Shown piece by piece: positions 1 to 12,743 of a stretch of 64,000 bases of DNA (the first letter of the stretch is position 1; every line of letters starts with the position of its first letter). Below the pieces are notes generated by a model, which made no database searches, had not been told where the DNA came from, and worked only from the letters and a program-made list of their open reading frames with translations. Source of the stretch: Octopus sinensis (taxonomy: Eukaryota); contig NC_043019.1 of NCBI RefSeq assembly GCF_006345805.1, forward strand, positions 7,005,360 through 7,069,359, in the 5' to 3' direction. The position numbers and the translations under genes are program-made.

Positions 1-638
1 ACAGAGCGAACTCACGTGATCTGGCAGTTCCATCTGCTGTAGCAGACGACTCTCAACTGTGAAGTTATGATCGCTCTTCAGGTGTCAGTGAAGTGGTTCC
101 GGTGACGAAATATTTAGCAGTTCTGGAGTAACGGTGGTGCAGGTGGTAATGCTGGTACTTCAGTGGTGCTTTGTTTTATAGAACACGAAAGAATATAAGA
201 ATAGTACCCACAGTGAGATTTTGTGGGCACGAAGCAAAGCAGGTCTTGCCGTCCACTCAAGGAAATCCATAGAAAAAAATCCAGAGGTACTCGAGCAAAG
301 TGAATCCTGAACTTGTTCCATTAATCAAAAGGTTTGCATGGCATCTGCAGGTCCCAAGAGACACATTCATTTCCATAGAAAATGAATACCTGTTTTATTT
401 TACTGACATCTATGTTGTCGTTCACGATGAGAGAATCTATCATTTATATTTGCTTCTCAAGATAAAGCCCGACGGAAAATGTACACGAAACCAGATGCAT
501 ATTTGCAGTAAAATACGGGATGGTCACGGTTGGGAAATTTTTTCATAGGTCCCATTAATAAGAGCTGATTTAGTGTTACATAACAACAACGGCTGTAATA
601 ATTACAATACGTACTTACTTATCTCTTAGCATCTAAAA

Positions 639-853
639 GGCGGCGAGCTGGCAAGGACGTTAGCACGCTGGGCTAAATGCTTAGCGGTTGATCGTCTTCC
701 TTTACGTTCTGAGTTCCAATTCCGCCGTGGTAGGCTTTGCTTTTTATTTTTTCGGCGTCGATAAATTATGTACCAGTTGCGTACTGGAGTCGATCTAATC
801 GACTAGCCCCATCCCTACAAATTTCGGGCATTTTGGTTGGAGTAGAAAAGATA
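639..853 (+). mobile_element. tRNA-derived SINE family A with 15-bp target-site duplication
   Basis: Head GGCGGCGAGCTGGCA..., B-box-like GAGTTCCAATTCC, body GTCGATAAATTATGTACCAG; ATCTCTTAGCATCTA repeated at 621-635 and 854-868. Confidence 0.9.
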
Positions 854-1290
854 ATCTCTTAGCATCTATAAACGTCTGAGTAACAACCCCATCATTGCTC
901 ACACTATTCCCCTTCAAAGTTACCAACCAACATGGCTGCCCAGCACACCAATGAATCTTATTTGATTTCGAGAATCTCTGTTTATGTTCTAGTATGTGTC
1001 TGTTCCCTTCTTTTTCTAAGTACGAATGTATCTACGCATGAATGTAAGAACCAAGTCATATACATATAGGTGTATATTTGTGTATAAGCCTGTATCTGAG
1101 TTGGTATGCGCATTTATCTATGCATGTATATGTGGAAACATGTGTGTGTGTAGGTATGTGTCTGTTTTGATTGATTGATGCACGTCTTCTAGTCTGTCTG
1201 TAGGAAAGTAGTATATTTATCAACTTACATACCTCTGCGCATCACCATGCTAAATAACACATGCATATACATTACATACCAGTACCCACG

Positions 1291-1325
1291 TACACACTAC
1301 ACACACTGTACGTATATATATATAG

Positions 1326-1362
<37 letters not shown>

Positions 1363-1601
1363 CATACGAACATATACATACATACATATATATATAGATA
1401 TATATATATTATACATATAATATATATAATATATATATAATATATATATATAATATATATATATATATATACGTACATATATAGTATATATATTACAATT
1501 ATATATAATATATATATCTGTGTGTATTTATAGAAAAAAATATATTCGTAAAATCTTCTCATGTGTTCATATATATTATATATATATATACATACATACA
1601 T

Positions 1602-1655
<54 letters not shown>

Positions 1656-1935
1656 GCATGTAGGTATACATATATACATACATATGTATATATATCTATG
1701 TCTGTGTGTATATGTGTGTGTATATATATTATTATTAATATATATATATATATATATCAATACATACAAACGTAACATAATGTGGGTACGTATTATGTAT
1801 ACAGAAAATATACGTTGTGGTGTGTGTGTGTGTGTGTGTGTGGTGTGTGTGTGTGTGGGTGTTTGTGTGTGTGTGTGTGTGTACTCTGTGTGCATGTATG
1901 TATGCATACATGTGTGTGTATGTGTGTGGTTTTTG
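1291..1935. repeat. Compound (TA)n/(TG)n/(TATG)n microsatellite
   Basis: Directly visible; source of the YI/CV/HT pseudo-ORFs. Confidence 0.95.
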
Positions 1936-2039
1936 TGTTGAATACACGTAACACTGTTTCTATTGATCACCCTCCAGGGAGAAGATTATATGTATCGCTT
2001 CAGCTAATGTTATGGGAATCAATCACAATTGGTTTGCCA

Positions 2040-2520
2040 GCGCCGACATTTAATACTCCACCACCTCCAGCGACAACAACAACACCACCATCACCGCCTC
2101 CACCGTTGGCACACACGTCAGTACAACCGTCACCACCACTACCACCACCGATATATTTCCATCATCATCATCATCAACATCGCCAACATCATCAGCACCG
2201 AAAAAGGCATCACCACCACCACCATCGCCACCACCATCAACACCACCCCCACCACCACCACCATGACTTCCACCACCGTAGCAGCAACGTTACTAAATAC
2301 ATCATCACTCGCAGCACTGCACTAACACCTCAACCACGATCAAAACCAGTACATTAGTCTAAACACTACCACCACCACGACACAAATACTAACAAATTTA
2401 CTATACTGTTATTGTCAAGTGCAGGAGTACTACCAATACTAACAACAAAACCAACACCACTAAGCTATTACGAAATGCAGGAGTAACATTACACCACGAT
2501 TGCACCACCACCAATACTAC
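2040..2520. repeat. Degenerate (ACC/CAT/CAA)n low-complexity tract
   Basis: Trinucleotide-derived composition. Confidence 0.85.
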
Positions 2521-2532
2521 TACCAGCACAAC

Positions 2533-2763
2533 GGCAGCGAACTGGCAGAACCGTTAGCACGCCGGGCGAAATGCGTAGCCGTATTTCGTCTGCCGTTACG
2601 TTCTGAGTTCAAATTCCGCCGAGGTCCACTTTTCCTTTCATCCTTTCGGCGTCGATAAATTAAGTACCAGTTACGCACTGGGGTCGATGTAATCGACTTA
2701 ATCCCTTTGTCTGTCATCATTTGACCTTTCTGTGTTTAGCCCCTTGTGGATAGTAAAGAAATA
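2533..2763 (+). mobile_element. SINE family A, full length, with TSD
   Basis: Complete head, body and tail; TACCAGCACAAC at 2521-2532 and 2769-2780. Confidence 0.92.
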
Positions 2764-3149
2764 ACTAATACCAGCACAACATTGCTATACAGGTATACAT
2801 AAGCATCGTCACCACCATCACCACCTACATCAGCCTTACTCTAAGAGTGCTAAATATATCGTCGGCAGTACCACTACACTAAGACCTGAACAACGATCGC
2901 AACTTTTTTCAGTAGCAAAACCAGCAGCCATTATCGATGTTACTACTCAAACATGGGCGACAGAGTGACAAAATTGTTGGTGTACCGGCAGAAAGTGTTG
3001 ATGGTGTATCTTCCGGCTTTCTACATTCGGGGCTCAAATTCCATTTGTCTGGAGAAGGCGATGAGAAACAAGTCCAGAAATTATCCCAAGTGTAGTTATG
3101 GATGGCCAGTTTTCCAGTAATCTAATTGACGATGGCCGGGTAAATGAAG

Positions 3150-3362
3150 GACCCACCCCCGACTTCATTAATGTGCAGGAGAAGGTTCTCATGCACCTAG
3201 AAAGTTCCCTGCTGAGGCACAAGTCCGGGTAAATTTTTTTATGGAAGACCAACAGTCGCCCATGCATAGTTGCCTTCTCTCTCCTCGCCATTGATGTTGT
3301 CCAAGGGAAAGACAAAGGCCGATACAGCTTGGCATCAGTGACGTCACAACTCATTTCTACAT
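3150..3362 (-). mobile_element. SINE family C, 5'-truncated
   Basis: Reverse complement aligns with 7960-8150 (AAATGAGTTGTGAYGTCACTG...GGAACTTTCTAGGTGCA). Confidence 0.8.
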
Positions 3363-3364
3363 CT

Positions 3365-3371
3365 AATAATG

Positions 3372-3411
<40 letters not shown>

Positions 3412-3478
3412 TAATAATAATAATAACAACAACATCTGCACTACTGCCAGTAGCAACACCCTCTCTCATCACTACTAT

Positions 3479-3532
<54 letters not shown>

Positions 3533-3540
3533 AATTACTA
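3365..3540. repeat. (AAT)n and (ACT)n microsatellites
   Basis: Directly visible. Confidence 0.95.
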
Positions 3541-3906
3541 AGAACACTATGGCAACTGCCACCACTCTCAGCACCAGTGTCATGCCATTGTTGGCATTAA
3601 CATTACTAATAGCAGCATTTTCAGCAGTACCGCTGTCATTAGCGAAACCGTCAACGCCACCTCGATATTGTAGCTGATGAATTCTTCTCTTATAAAACAA
3701 TCAATCAATCGTTCGAACTATCAATCAATGTAATGATGACGAATCTCATCCTCTCCACACTCTCCGAGAGAGATTGATGCCTTCCCAATTACATGTCTCT
3801 TCATCTTCTTCTCGCGAGTGGCACATGCGTACGCAGGTGATACAGTAGTGTATATGTGTATGCATGCATACTTATATATATATATTATACATATGTGTGT
3901 GTATAT

Positions 3907-3960
<54 letters not shown>

Positions 3961-4847
3961 TATATATATAACAGAGGTGTGTGTGTGAGAGAGAGAGAGA
4001 GAGGGGGAAAGAGAGAGGTCTCGACAGACAGATAGCAGGCAGCAGGTCGAAAATGTGTATATAAATACACATGCGTGGAATTGAACGCGCACAAAAATCG
4101 ACACACAAAAAGTTGCATAGATAAGCATTATTTTTTACTTTTATCTCTTCATTTTCTTTAGGACGCCTACTCGTCGCATGTATGTATATATGTATGTATG
4201 CATGTATCTATGCATGTGTATATATATTATATATATAGGTTTATGAGTGTGCAAATGTGTCACTGTATGTATGTGAATCTATTTATCTATATATATATAA
4301 AATGTATATATATATATATATACCTATATATATACACGCACCTTTATATATATATATAAATTTTTTATATACTCACACATGCACATATATTTATACATTT
4401 TGTATGTTTATACATTGTTGCCCTTAACATTTCCCCACGTTGTCTCTACATAAATTTTCTCCAATTTTTTTTTTTGTCATTTCTCTCAGAATAATCTCCT
4501 TAAATCTAAGTTGGTTACCTTCTCTTCCTCTCACTCCGCATACATTCGCCTTGTAATAAACTCTGCTTCTATATCTCACCTTCTTACCTTATCCCCTTCA
4601 CTCCCCACCCCCCACTGCAACATGTGTCTTATAAACTCTCTCTCTCTTCATACAGACTCCGCAGCTGATGTTACGAAGCATCCATGTTTGATTGTAAAAG
4701 TCTTTTGCTGACATTAATCTTATACGAAGTGTTTTGATGGATATCACCTGCTAACATTCATACATTGCCCTCATATCCATTCGACAAACACTCTTACACT
4801 TATTCCTACACACACAGATAAAACGCACACACACGCACATGTGTTTG

Positions 4848-4910
<63 letters not shown>

Positions 4911-5230
4911 TATACATACATACATATATATTTATACATATATATATATATGTTTAGAAATATATGTATGGGCGTCTGTACCTATCTATGTATAGGTGTG
5001 TGAGTATGAGCTTATAGATATATCTATTTGCATGTGTATGTATGTGTGGGGTTGGTGCCCATTTTAGGGGGACTGCGGGATTTCAGATTCTTATAATTGT
5101 GTCTTGACTTCACCCATAAATTTTCTTCATCGTCCAAAACAGGAGCTTTCCTTGCATGGCACGTTTCAACATAATATACATGAATGTATGTCTTTGCGAT
5201 TGGTTGTGCTTGTATGTGTATATGTTTTTG

Positions 5231-5276
<46 letters not shown>

Positions 5277-5659
5277 TATATATATGCCTGTAAGTAAGTG
5301 TGTGCATATGTATATATATATACATTATATATATATATGTATGTGTGTGTTTGTGTATAGATCGATATATGCATGTATGTATATAGTGATTATACTTGGG
5401 AAATTCTTTTTCCCATAAGCTGCTCCACATTACTGAATGGTTTCTAGCTAAAAAAGAAACTTTTCTTGTGGGTGTACAGTAATTTAGACATTTCCAGTTA
5501 TGCCTGGCCTCTACAGAATAGTTTGTGTTATTTTGGGGTGTGTGCGTGGATATGTGTGTGTATGTGTTTGTGTGTGTATGCGTATGGTAAGAGTGTGTGT
5601 GTGTGTGTCTCTGACTGTGATGTGTGCGCACGTACGTTTTTCGTTTATTTATATATATA

Positions 5660-5890
5660 TGTATATAAATTCAAGTAAGGAAAGACCCCATTCGTCCGTG
5701 AATGAGCAGGGGATTGCCCTTAGAAAGTTTCAAAATGTAACCACATGTGAATCGTTGGCGATTTTCTTCCTCCATCTTCCTTTCTATTGGACTTTCGTCT
5801 GTTTCTGAAGAAGAGTTTTGCTCGAAACGTTAAACCATCTTTATTTCCTCTCCTGATCGTCTTCTAATACTTCACATGTACTACGGCCTC
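5660..5890 (+). mobile_element. Penelope/retrozyme-like repeat carrying a minimal hammerhead motif
   Basis: Homologous to the minus-strand copy at about 39965-40160; contains CTGAAGA-A-GAG-TTTTG-CTC-GAAAC-GTT. Confidence 0.6.
5801..5835 (+). ncRNA. Minimal type I hammerhead ribozyme motif
   Basis: Stem I GTTT/AAAC, core CUGAAGA, stem II GAG/CTC, GAAA, palindromic ACGT at stem III. Confidence 0.6.
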
Positions 5891-5987
5891 ACGTTCTGTT
5901 TTTTTTTTGCATGTGTTCGACTTCTTTTGGGGGATTTACTCTAAAAATGTATGTATATGTATATATCTATATATATATGTGGTGTGT

Positions 5988-6040
<53 letters not shown>

Positions 6041-6655
6041 ATGCATGTATGTATGTATGTATGTATGTGTATGCATGTATGTATGTATGTATGTTTGTAT
6101 GTATATACATATATATGAAGGGGCACTTTATCCCATTTTGCATTCTCCTGAAACTAATTTCCTACATCCATTAACCTTTAACACGTTTTATATTCAGAAA
6201 TCCCTTTCAGAGAATTAGACCTCTTCGTATCTCCTTCTCCTCTACTACTTTTTTATTTTACTTCTTCTTGTTTTATTTTTATTTTCATCTCTTTCATTTC
6301 AAACACACACCCACCCACCTTTACCTTCCTAATTTCTCCTGCTAACGACGTTAATCTGTTATCTTCTTATACTCTACTGGAAATGTCTGAAAGAGCTAAT
6401 ACGGATCGTTCTTGTAATTAATGGGAAACTAATAAAACGTAGTCATTTCTAGCTTAATACATATTTCAAACTATCCAAATACGCTGTTTATTGCGTCAAT
6501 ATTTCGTTATCGTATTTTATATTGCACGTTTTTTCTCTCCTGTTTATATAAGATATGTCTTGTTCCGTGAATGCCAAATATATATATATATATATAATAT
6601 ACGTATGATATACGCATACATATGTATATATATTATATATAATATATATATATAT

Positions 6656-6705
<50 letters not shown>

Positions 6706-6739
6706 ATGTATGTATATAGATATGTATGTAAATATATAA

Positions 6740-7045
6740 GGCGGCGAGCTGGCAGAAACGTTAGCGCGTCGGGCGAAATGCCTTGCGGTATTTCGGCTGT
6801 CTTTATGTTCTGAGATCAAATTCCGCCGAGGTCGACTTTGCCTTTCATCCTTTCGAGGTCGTTAATTTAAGTACCAGTTATGCACTGGGGTCGATATAAT
6901 CGACTTAATCCGTTTGTCTGTCCTTGTTTGTCCTCTCTGTGTTTAGCCCCCTGTGGGTAGTAAAGGAATATGTACTTCGTTTGTCTTTATGTTCTGTGTT
7001 CAAATTTCGCCGAGGTCGAATTTGCCTTTCATCCTTGCGATTATA
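6740..7045 (+). mobile_element. SINE family A full copy plus a partial tandem unit
   Basis: Consensus head at 6740; a second body restarts at about 6975. Confidence 0.88.
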
Positions 7046-7385
7046 TCGACCCCCGTGCGTAACTGGTACTTAATTTATCGACCCCGAAAGGATGAAAGGC
7101 AAAGTCGACCTCAGCGGAATTTGAACTCAGAACGTAACGGCAGACGAAATACCTATTTCTTTATTACCCACAAGGGGCTAAACACAGAGGGGACAAACAC
7201 GGACAGACATTGGTATTAAGTCGATTACATCGACCCCAGTGCGTAACTGGTACTTAGTTTTATCGACCCCGAAAGGATGAAAGGCAAAGTCGACCTCGGC
7301 GGAATTTGAACTCAGAACGTAACGACAGACGAAATACGGCTACGCATTTCGCCTGGCGTGCTAACGATTCTGCCAGCTCGCCGCC
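7046..7385 (-). mobile_element. SINE family A full copy plus a partial tandem unit (minus strand)
   Basis: Reverse complement of the consensus; head ends at GCTCGCCGCC 7376-7385. Confidence 0.9.
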
Positions 7386-7387
7386 TT

Positions 7388-7420
<33 letters not shown>

Positions 7421-7828
7421 CACACACACACATACACACCCACACCCACACACACACACACGCACGCACGCGCAGACACTCATGCGCGCGTGCACACACA
7501 CACATACACGTATGAATGTCACGTTTTATTCCCGCTTTTGTTTCTAACATTTAATATCATCTTTTATGGCTATGAAGAACTGTCATATTCATATCCTCAT
7601 CGTCTGAATTTTTCCAAAGATATGTCTCGTTCACATCATTATTTCCTTGCTGCGCCTTGTTTATAGCACCAATTTCTTTCTCAGATCTAAAAGAACATAC
7701 GTTTTTTTTTTATTGCGTTCTCTTTTTCGCTGTTGCTGACAATTCTGATATCTTTAACATAATCTCTTTCTTGTTACAAGATATAGTTTATTATAAATGT
7801 GTCCTGCTTTTTTACTTTTTTCCTGAAA

Positions 7829-8150
7829 GCGCGTGACTCAGTGGTTAAAGCGTCGGGCTCACAATCATGAGATAGTGAGTTCGATTCTCGGACCGGGCTG
7901 TGTGTTGTGTTCTTGAGCAAGACACTTCATTTCACATTTCCCCAATTCACTCAGCTGTAAAAATGAGTTGTGATGTCACTGGTGCCAAACTGTATCAGCC
8001 TTTGCTTCTCTCTTGTATAACATCGGTGGCTTGGAGAATGGAGTTCCGTATGGTTGGATGACTGCTCGTTTTTCATAAACAACCTTGCCCGGGGAGCGGA
8101 ACTTTCTAGGTGCAATCCTACGGCCATTCATGACCGAAGGTGTTCGATAC
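7829..8150 (+). mobile_element. tRNA-derived SINE family C with CORE-like block
   Basis: A-box-like GTGACTCAGTGG, B-box GAGTTCGATTCTC, then TTGAGCAAGACACTT...CAGCTGTAAAAATGAGT resembling the MIR CORE domain. Confidence 0.8.
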
Positions 8151-8405
8151 TCTTTACAAACGGTTTATATTCGATTCGGGGTTTTTATCTTTTGTTCCTT
8201 GCTTGTGTGGCGAGGGACATTTTAATGACCAGATCCAACGTGTCGTAAAAGGCGACTTATAGAGGATTAAAATCCTCTCCTCAAACAGACCCATGGGCTG
8301 GAGTGTTGTCGCCTGAGATGTCGCCAAAGATATCCACCATTTGTATTAGGGAATCACGAACAAATGGCGGATGCAGCGAAGCAATGACACAGCGCATGCC
8401 CCATT

Positions 8406-8461
<56 letters not shown>

Positions 8462-8639
8462 GCTACTACTAGTCTTATTTCTATTTCTCTCCCGTTATTG
8501 TTCATAATTGTTACGTCTCTTAAGCATATTATTACCTTCGATGTGGTTACGATGTGGTTAATGTCATAATTATTTTCTTCGTTTCTTGGTGAACACCCAC
8601 ATGTCTTGCAAATTAATGCTTACCAGATTATATATATAT

Positions 8640-9205
8640 ATATATAAAATCACAATAAGTGTGAGAAAATTGAATATTAATTAATAACATCAATTTAAAA
8701 CACCAAGTGGTCTTAGCGTGTTGAATTAATGCTTCAGAACAATTCTTTAGTGGTGGATTCCCTTTGTGGATCTATTTCTAGCGTTTGAGTGACCACATGT
8801 GGTCCCTCTCTTATTGCTTATATATATATATAAAATAAAATAAATATAAGAGAGTGGTCACTATATTGATCACTCTAGCACCAGTTAATCCAAAAGGTTT
8901 CAACCACGAAAATACATGTTTCCCATGAAAGCCAAGTACGACTGTTAGCTCACACGACAGGGCAAATAAAAAATACAAAAATACAGATTATTTTGGGACA
9001 ATTGTTTCGCTATTAATGAATTAAATGTAATATTACTTACAATAATCCATTTGTAGCTCGTCAGCCAAGACTATCTGGATGAATCCACTCAATCACACGC
9101 CAGATTTTACCATAACGATAAATACGCGTGTGGTTCAATTGATTACATCCGACGTTATAATTCAATGCCCCACCAACAGCGCGCCAAACTCTCACGGAAA
9201 CAATA
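8640..9205 (-). mobile_element. Probable Penelope-like/retrozyme repeat between (TA)n tracts
   Basis: Carries the hammerhead and is bounded by (TA)n; class inferred from the known association of type I hammerheads with Penelope-like elements. Confidence 0.45.
8993..9068 (-). ncRNA. Type I hammerhead ribozyme, canonical core
   Basis: Minus strand reads TTGG-CTGACGA-GCTA-(41 nt)-TAGC-GAAAC-AATT-GTC-CCAA; all core nucleotides present; predicted cleavage after the C at 8997. Confidence 0.8.
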
Positions 9206-9588
9206 CATATATATATATATATAATTGATCGAATTCTTTATACAGCAAAATATAAAATAAATTCACCCTTAAACCAAATCTCTCAGTTTCGGAAATGTCA
9301 AATTAAATATAATCGCTGCGTTTTCTCTTTTTGCAGATAAATACATGTTGAAGACTGGGGTATTTTTAATAGTTTGTGGCTCACCCGTGAAAGCTCGTGG
9401 CTTAGTGCTTAAAGAATTTACCTCAGAAACGTAACTCTATCAGTTCGATGCCCACCGACACGTTGCGTCATTAGGCAAAAAGTTTATTTTTTAAATATAT
9501 TTAAATGGAATAATTAATAATTAATAATTTTCCATAACTACTTGATAAATTCTTATAAAGATTTTATTCTATTTTTAAATTGTGTGTG

Positions 9589-9619
<31 letters not shown>

Positions 9620-9644
9620 GGGAGAGTTTACGCAAAATCAAAAG

Positions 9645-9780
9645 AGGAAGACAGGTGGTGTAGAAAACAAACTGATGTATTAGTATAACGTTCGGAATCA
9701 AAAAAGTCTTTAACGCTTCGAGCCTACGCTCTTCCACAGAAAGAAACACAGAAAGAAACATGAGAGAAACAAATCCACTC
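9645..9780 (-). mobile_element. Hammerhead-like repeat family D (degenerate core)
   Basis: Reverse complement CTGTGGAAGAGCGTAGGCTCGAAGCGTTAAAGAC...; homologous to about 43085-43195 and 55250-55430. Confidence 0.65.
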
Positions 9781-10169
9781 ATAATATTTGGGTTGACCCA
9801 CACCTGTAATAGAAGATACTTTCCTAAGGTGCCACTAATTGGACAAAACCCGGAACCATGTGACCGGGAAATAAATTTATTACCATAGAGACACTCTTGC
9901 TCAATATTTACCGTTTTTATGTTTGTTTTTTATTGTAGAGTTTGTCTTGTAATTTCTCTTTTATTTTCTTCATAATTTTGTTGTTTAGCTCTTGGCTGAA
10001 TTTGATCCAACAACCTCTCAGATCAAAAGTATTCCTATCATCATCATACCATACTGCATCATTGTATCTGATGCAGTATTGCTATACGTAGAGTGAAAAC
10101 TGACGAGAAGAAACATGAAGAAACAAACACAGATGGTTAAAATTTGAGCTTAAATCTTCCTCTCTCGGC

Positions 10170-10625
10170 TCTGTCGTATATGTCTCGACTCATACAAGCG
10201 AAGCCACCGTCATATTCAAGTATTAATAATCTTCCCTCATCTACTGGTTTTATGGTTTCATCTTAAGCTAAGTGCATCGCATTACTTTCATTTCCGCCAT
10301 TTGCATCTTCCTTTTCCTTATTAGCGCTTTAAGGCATTTCATTTTCTTTCAAACATTATCCCGATATCTACCCGAAATCCACATAAACTTTCTGGTTTGA
10401 TCTCCAACCTTTTAGTAAATGATTCAAGACATCCATAAAGAAAATTGGAAATACTTTATGCTGAATTCCTCTTAATAACTCAACCCATCTTTCACCGTTC
10501 TTAATAGTGTGTTAAATGCATCATGGATATCACAAAATGCAAAGGCGACAACCTATTACCCTCAAATGATTCTTTTTTTCTTCATTGATCTTAATATTTG
10601 CAATTTCTTTAGCGAAGAGGTATCA
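10170..10625 (-). mobile_element. Highly decayed RTE-like LINE reverse transcriptase remnant
   Basis: Fragmentary frames VAFAFCDIHDAFNTL, GIQHKVFPIFFMDVL and RKMQMAEMKVMR resemble RT and RTE C-terminal motifs. Confidence 0.4.
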
Positions 10626-11388
10626 ATTTTGTTTTCCATTTACTAATACCCGTTACGTTCGCTTATATTGACTTATCCTAAACACTTTAACGACTTAAAA
10701 TATTTTATTATCCAGATTTTATTATCCAGGAATAAGAAAACCAAGTCTATGGCCTATATACATTCGCTAGATTCTATTACACTGCTTCGTATGGCAACGC
10801 TTCCATTTCAGGGGTATTAATAATATATGCAATCTGTAATGTCCCTTGCGTACCTTAAACCTTCTTACCTCATAGTTCATGCTCCGGTGGTAATATAGCC
10901 TGGCTATCTATATAACCAGATACACTATTCGCTATTAAATCTCTCGTTAGTTTTCCCATTTTGTCGATTTAAAATGCACGATAGTATTTTCTTTCTTGTG
11001 GGGTTTCTTCAACAACGGAGCAGGTCCGTACGCTGTCTTACCATTAGCTGAGAACTGGGTTCGGTGTAATCGACCTACCACCACCTCCACAAACACACTG
11101 GAAATTACTAGCGTTTTGCAGGAATTTGAAAACAGTGATGTAAACGCTTATCGCTACATGATTACGTTAAGGTTTATGTGTCAATGTACCGGGCCGATCA
11201 AGTTGCATAAAATAGCAGTTGAATTTTCATGAAAACACCCTCCCGCTGTAAGTAGGGAACGGGGAGGAGTTATCTTAGTAATTAACTGTAATAAAAGCTG
11301 AAGTATGTTCCTTCGCCTGTCTCTTCATTCCGATCTCATCTGACTCTACGAAATAAAGACAGCAATCACGGAAAGAAACACACACACA

Positions 11389-11430
<42 letters not shown>

Positions 11431-11491
11431 TTTAAGTATATTCCTAATAATATATATTACTCATACAAACGTAGGAGTGGCTGTGTGGTAA

Positions 11492-12075
11492 CTATTGTAG
11501 GGCTGTTCTGTAGACGACATTTTTAGTTTTTCTTTCAGGAACATAGATGAATAAGTTGTCTGGATGGCCAACTCTGGAACAACCGATGTAGAATTGCCTA
11601 TGTAAAAAGGTCCAATCCGACAACTTTCAGGAATTGACCTTGTGCTTAGTTAATTGTTATGGCGAAGGGAATTGAAGAGAGAACTGAAGACTCCGCATAC
11701 GGTAGGGCCAGTCTCTTGGAGTTAGCGGAATTTTAAGAATAAAAACGGTATCTTTTTGCCGTGTCCCGTGATAATTTGGGCTTAAACGACAAGGTCCATT
11801 ATCTGTTTGATCTCAAAGTGAGGTCCCTTGCATAGCGTGAGTGAGTTTAGATTGCGTACGAGGATGACCAACTTTTAAGTGAAGTTCATGAGGAGGGAAT
11901 CCTGGAGGATGTTTGGACATGAGAAATTCAGTTCGAACGTGTGTAACGTGATCGATGTCGGTAACTGTGTCAACGGATCTGTAGCAACGTTCTTGAGGAG
12001 GTAGCTTATTGTGTACGTCATAGACAAGAGTGTTGACAGCTGAAGTTGTAGGTGCCAGAACAGCCCTGTGCTAAC
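11492..12075 (-). pseudogene. Helitron PIF1-type helicase C-terminal remnant (frameshifts and stops)
   Basis: Pieced frames: RAVLAP...TEFLMSKHPPGFPPHELHLKVG...ILVRNLN...TVFILKIPLTP...LQF...FAITIN*AQGQFLKVVGLDL...QFYIGCSRVGHPDNLFIYVPERKTKNVVYRTALQ*. Confidence 0.9.
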
Positions 12076-12707
12076 GCGCAAATATTGGCAGTTTGCAGTG
12101 ACTAGGCATTGTGAAAATTGTATAACTGTCACAGTTTCGTATGAGTAAAAGCAAGACTATATATAATATGGATTAATTTCTGAAGGCAATAAAGAAATAA
12201 TTAAATGTTGATTTAAGTTGGATGGTTATTTGAAGGAAGTGCTAATGTACACATATTGGGGATTTGAAGTGAATGGGAATTGTAAAAACTGTAGCAGAAG
12301 ACGGAATGAAAGTAGCATAAATACTTCGTCAAGAGTAATGTCCCATGAAGCAACGTTCATTGGTATTTGTTGTTTACCTATGAGGAGGTGTTTTCATCCC
12401 TTAGGGGCGACATTACTCATTATGTGGAATGTCTGAAGAGTCTATGATCAACTCTGCAACGTAAGTGATATATGTTCCCAGCGTGAACGAAATCGGATGA
12501 AAAATATTGATTTTCAGGTGATCAAGTAAAATGCCTGTATACACATATATATTCCGTTTTATTATATATAATATTATATATAATATATGAGAGAGAGAGA
12601 GAGAGAGAGGCGGGGGAGACGTACATTGTGAAGATATATATACATATATATATTTATATATATACATATATATATTCATATATAATATATATATAATATA
12701 TATATTT

Positions 12708-12743
<36 letters not shown>

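Noticed and set aside
300-548. 82-aa ORF
   Set aside because: No motif or splice context, and it overlaps a short repeat-like segment
4162-4179. 18-nt microexon with strong AG/GT signals
   Set aside because: The donor GTATGT is part of a (TATG)n repeat, and it cannot be linked to other exons
10997-11350. Possible solo LTR (TG start, AATAAA)
   Set aside because: No CA end, no TSD and no second copy
12430-12466. Hammerhead-like CTGAAGA...TGCAACGTAA
   Set aside because: GAAA is mutated and stem II overlaps the core; at most a dead relic
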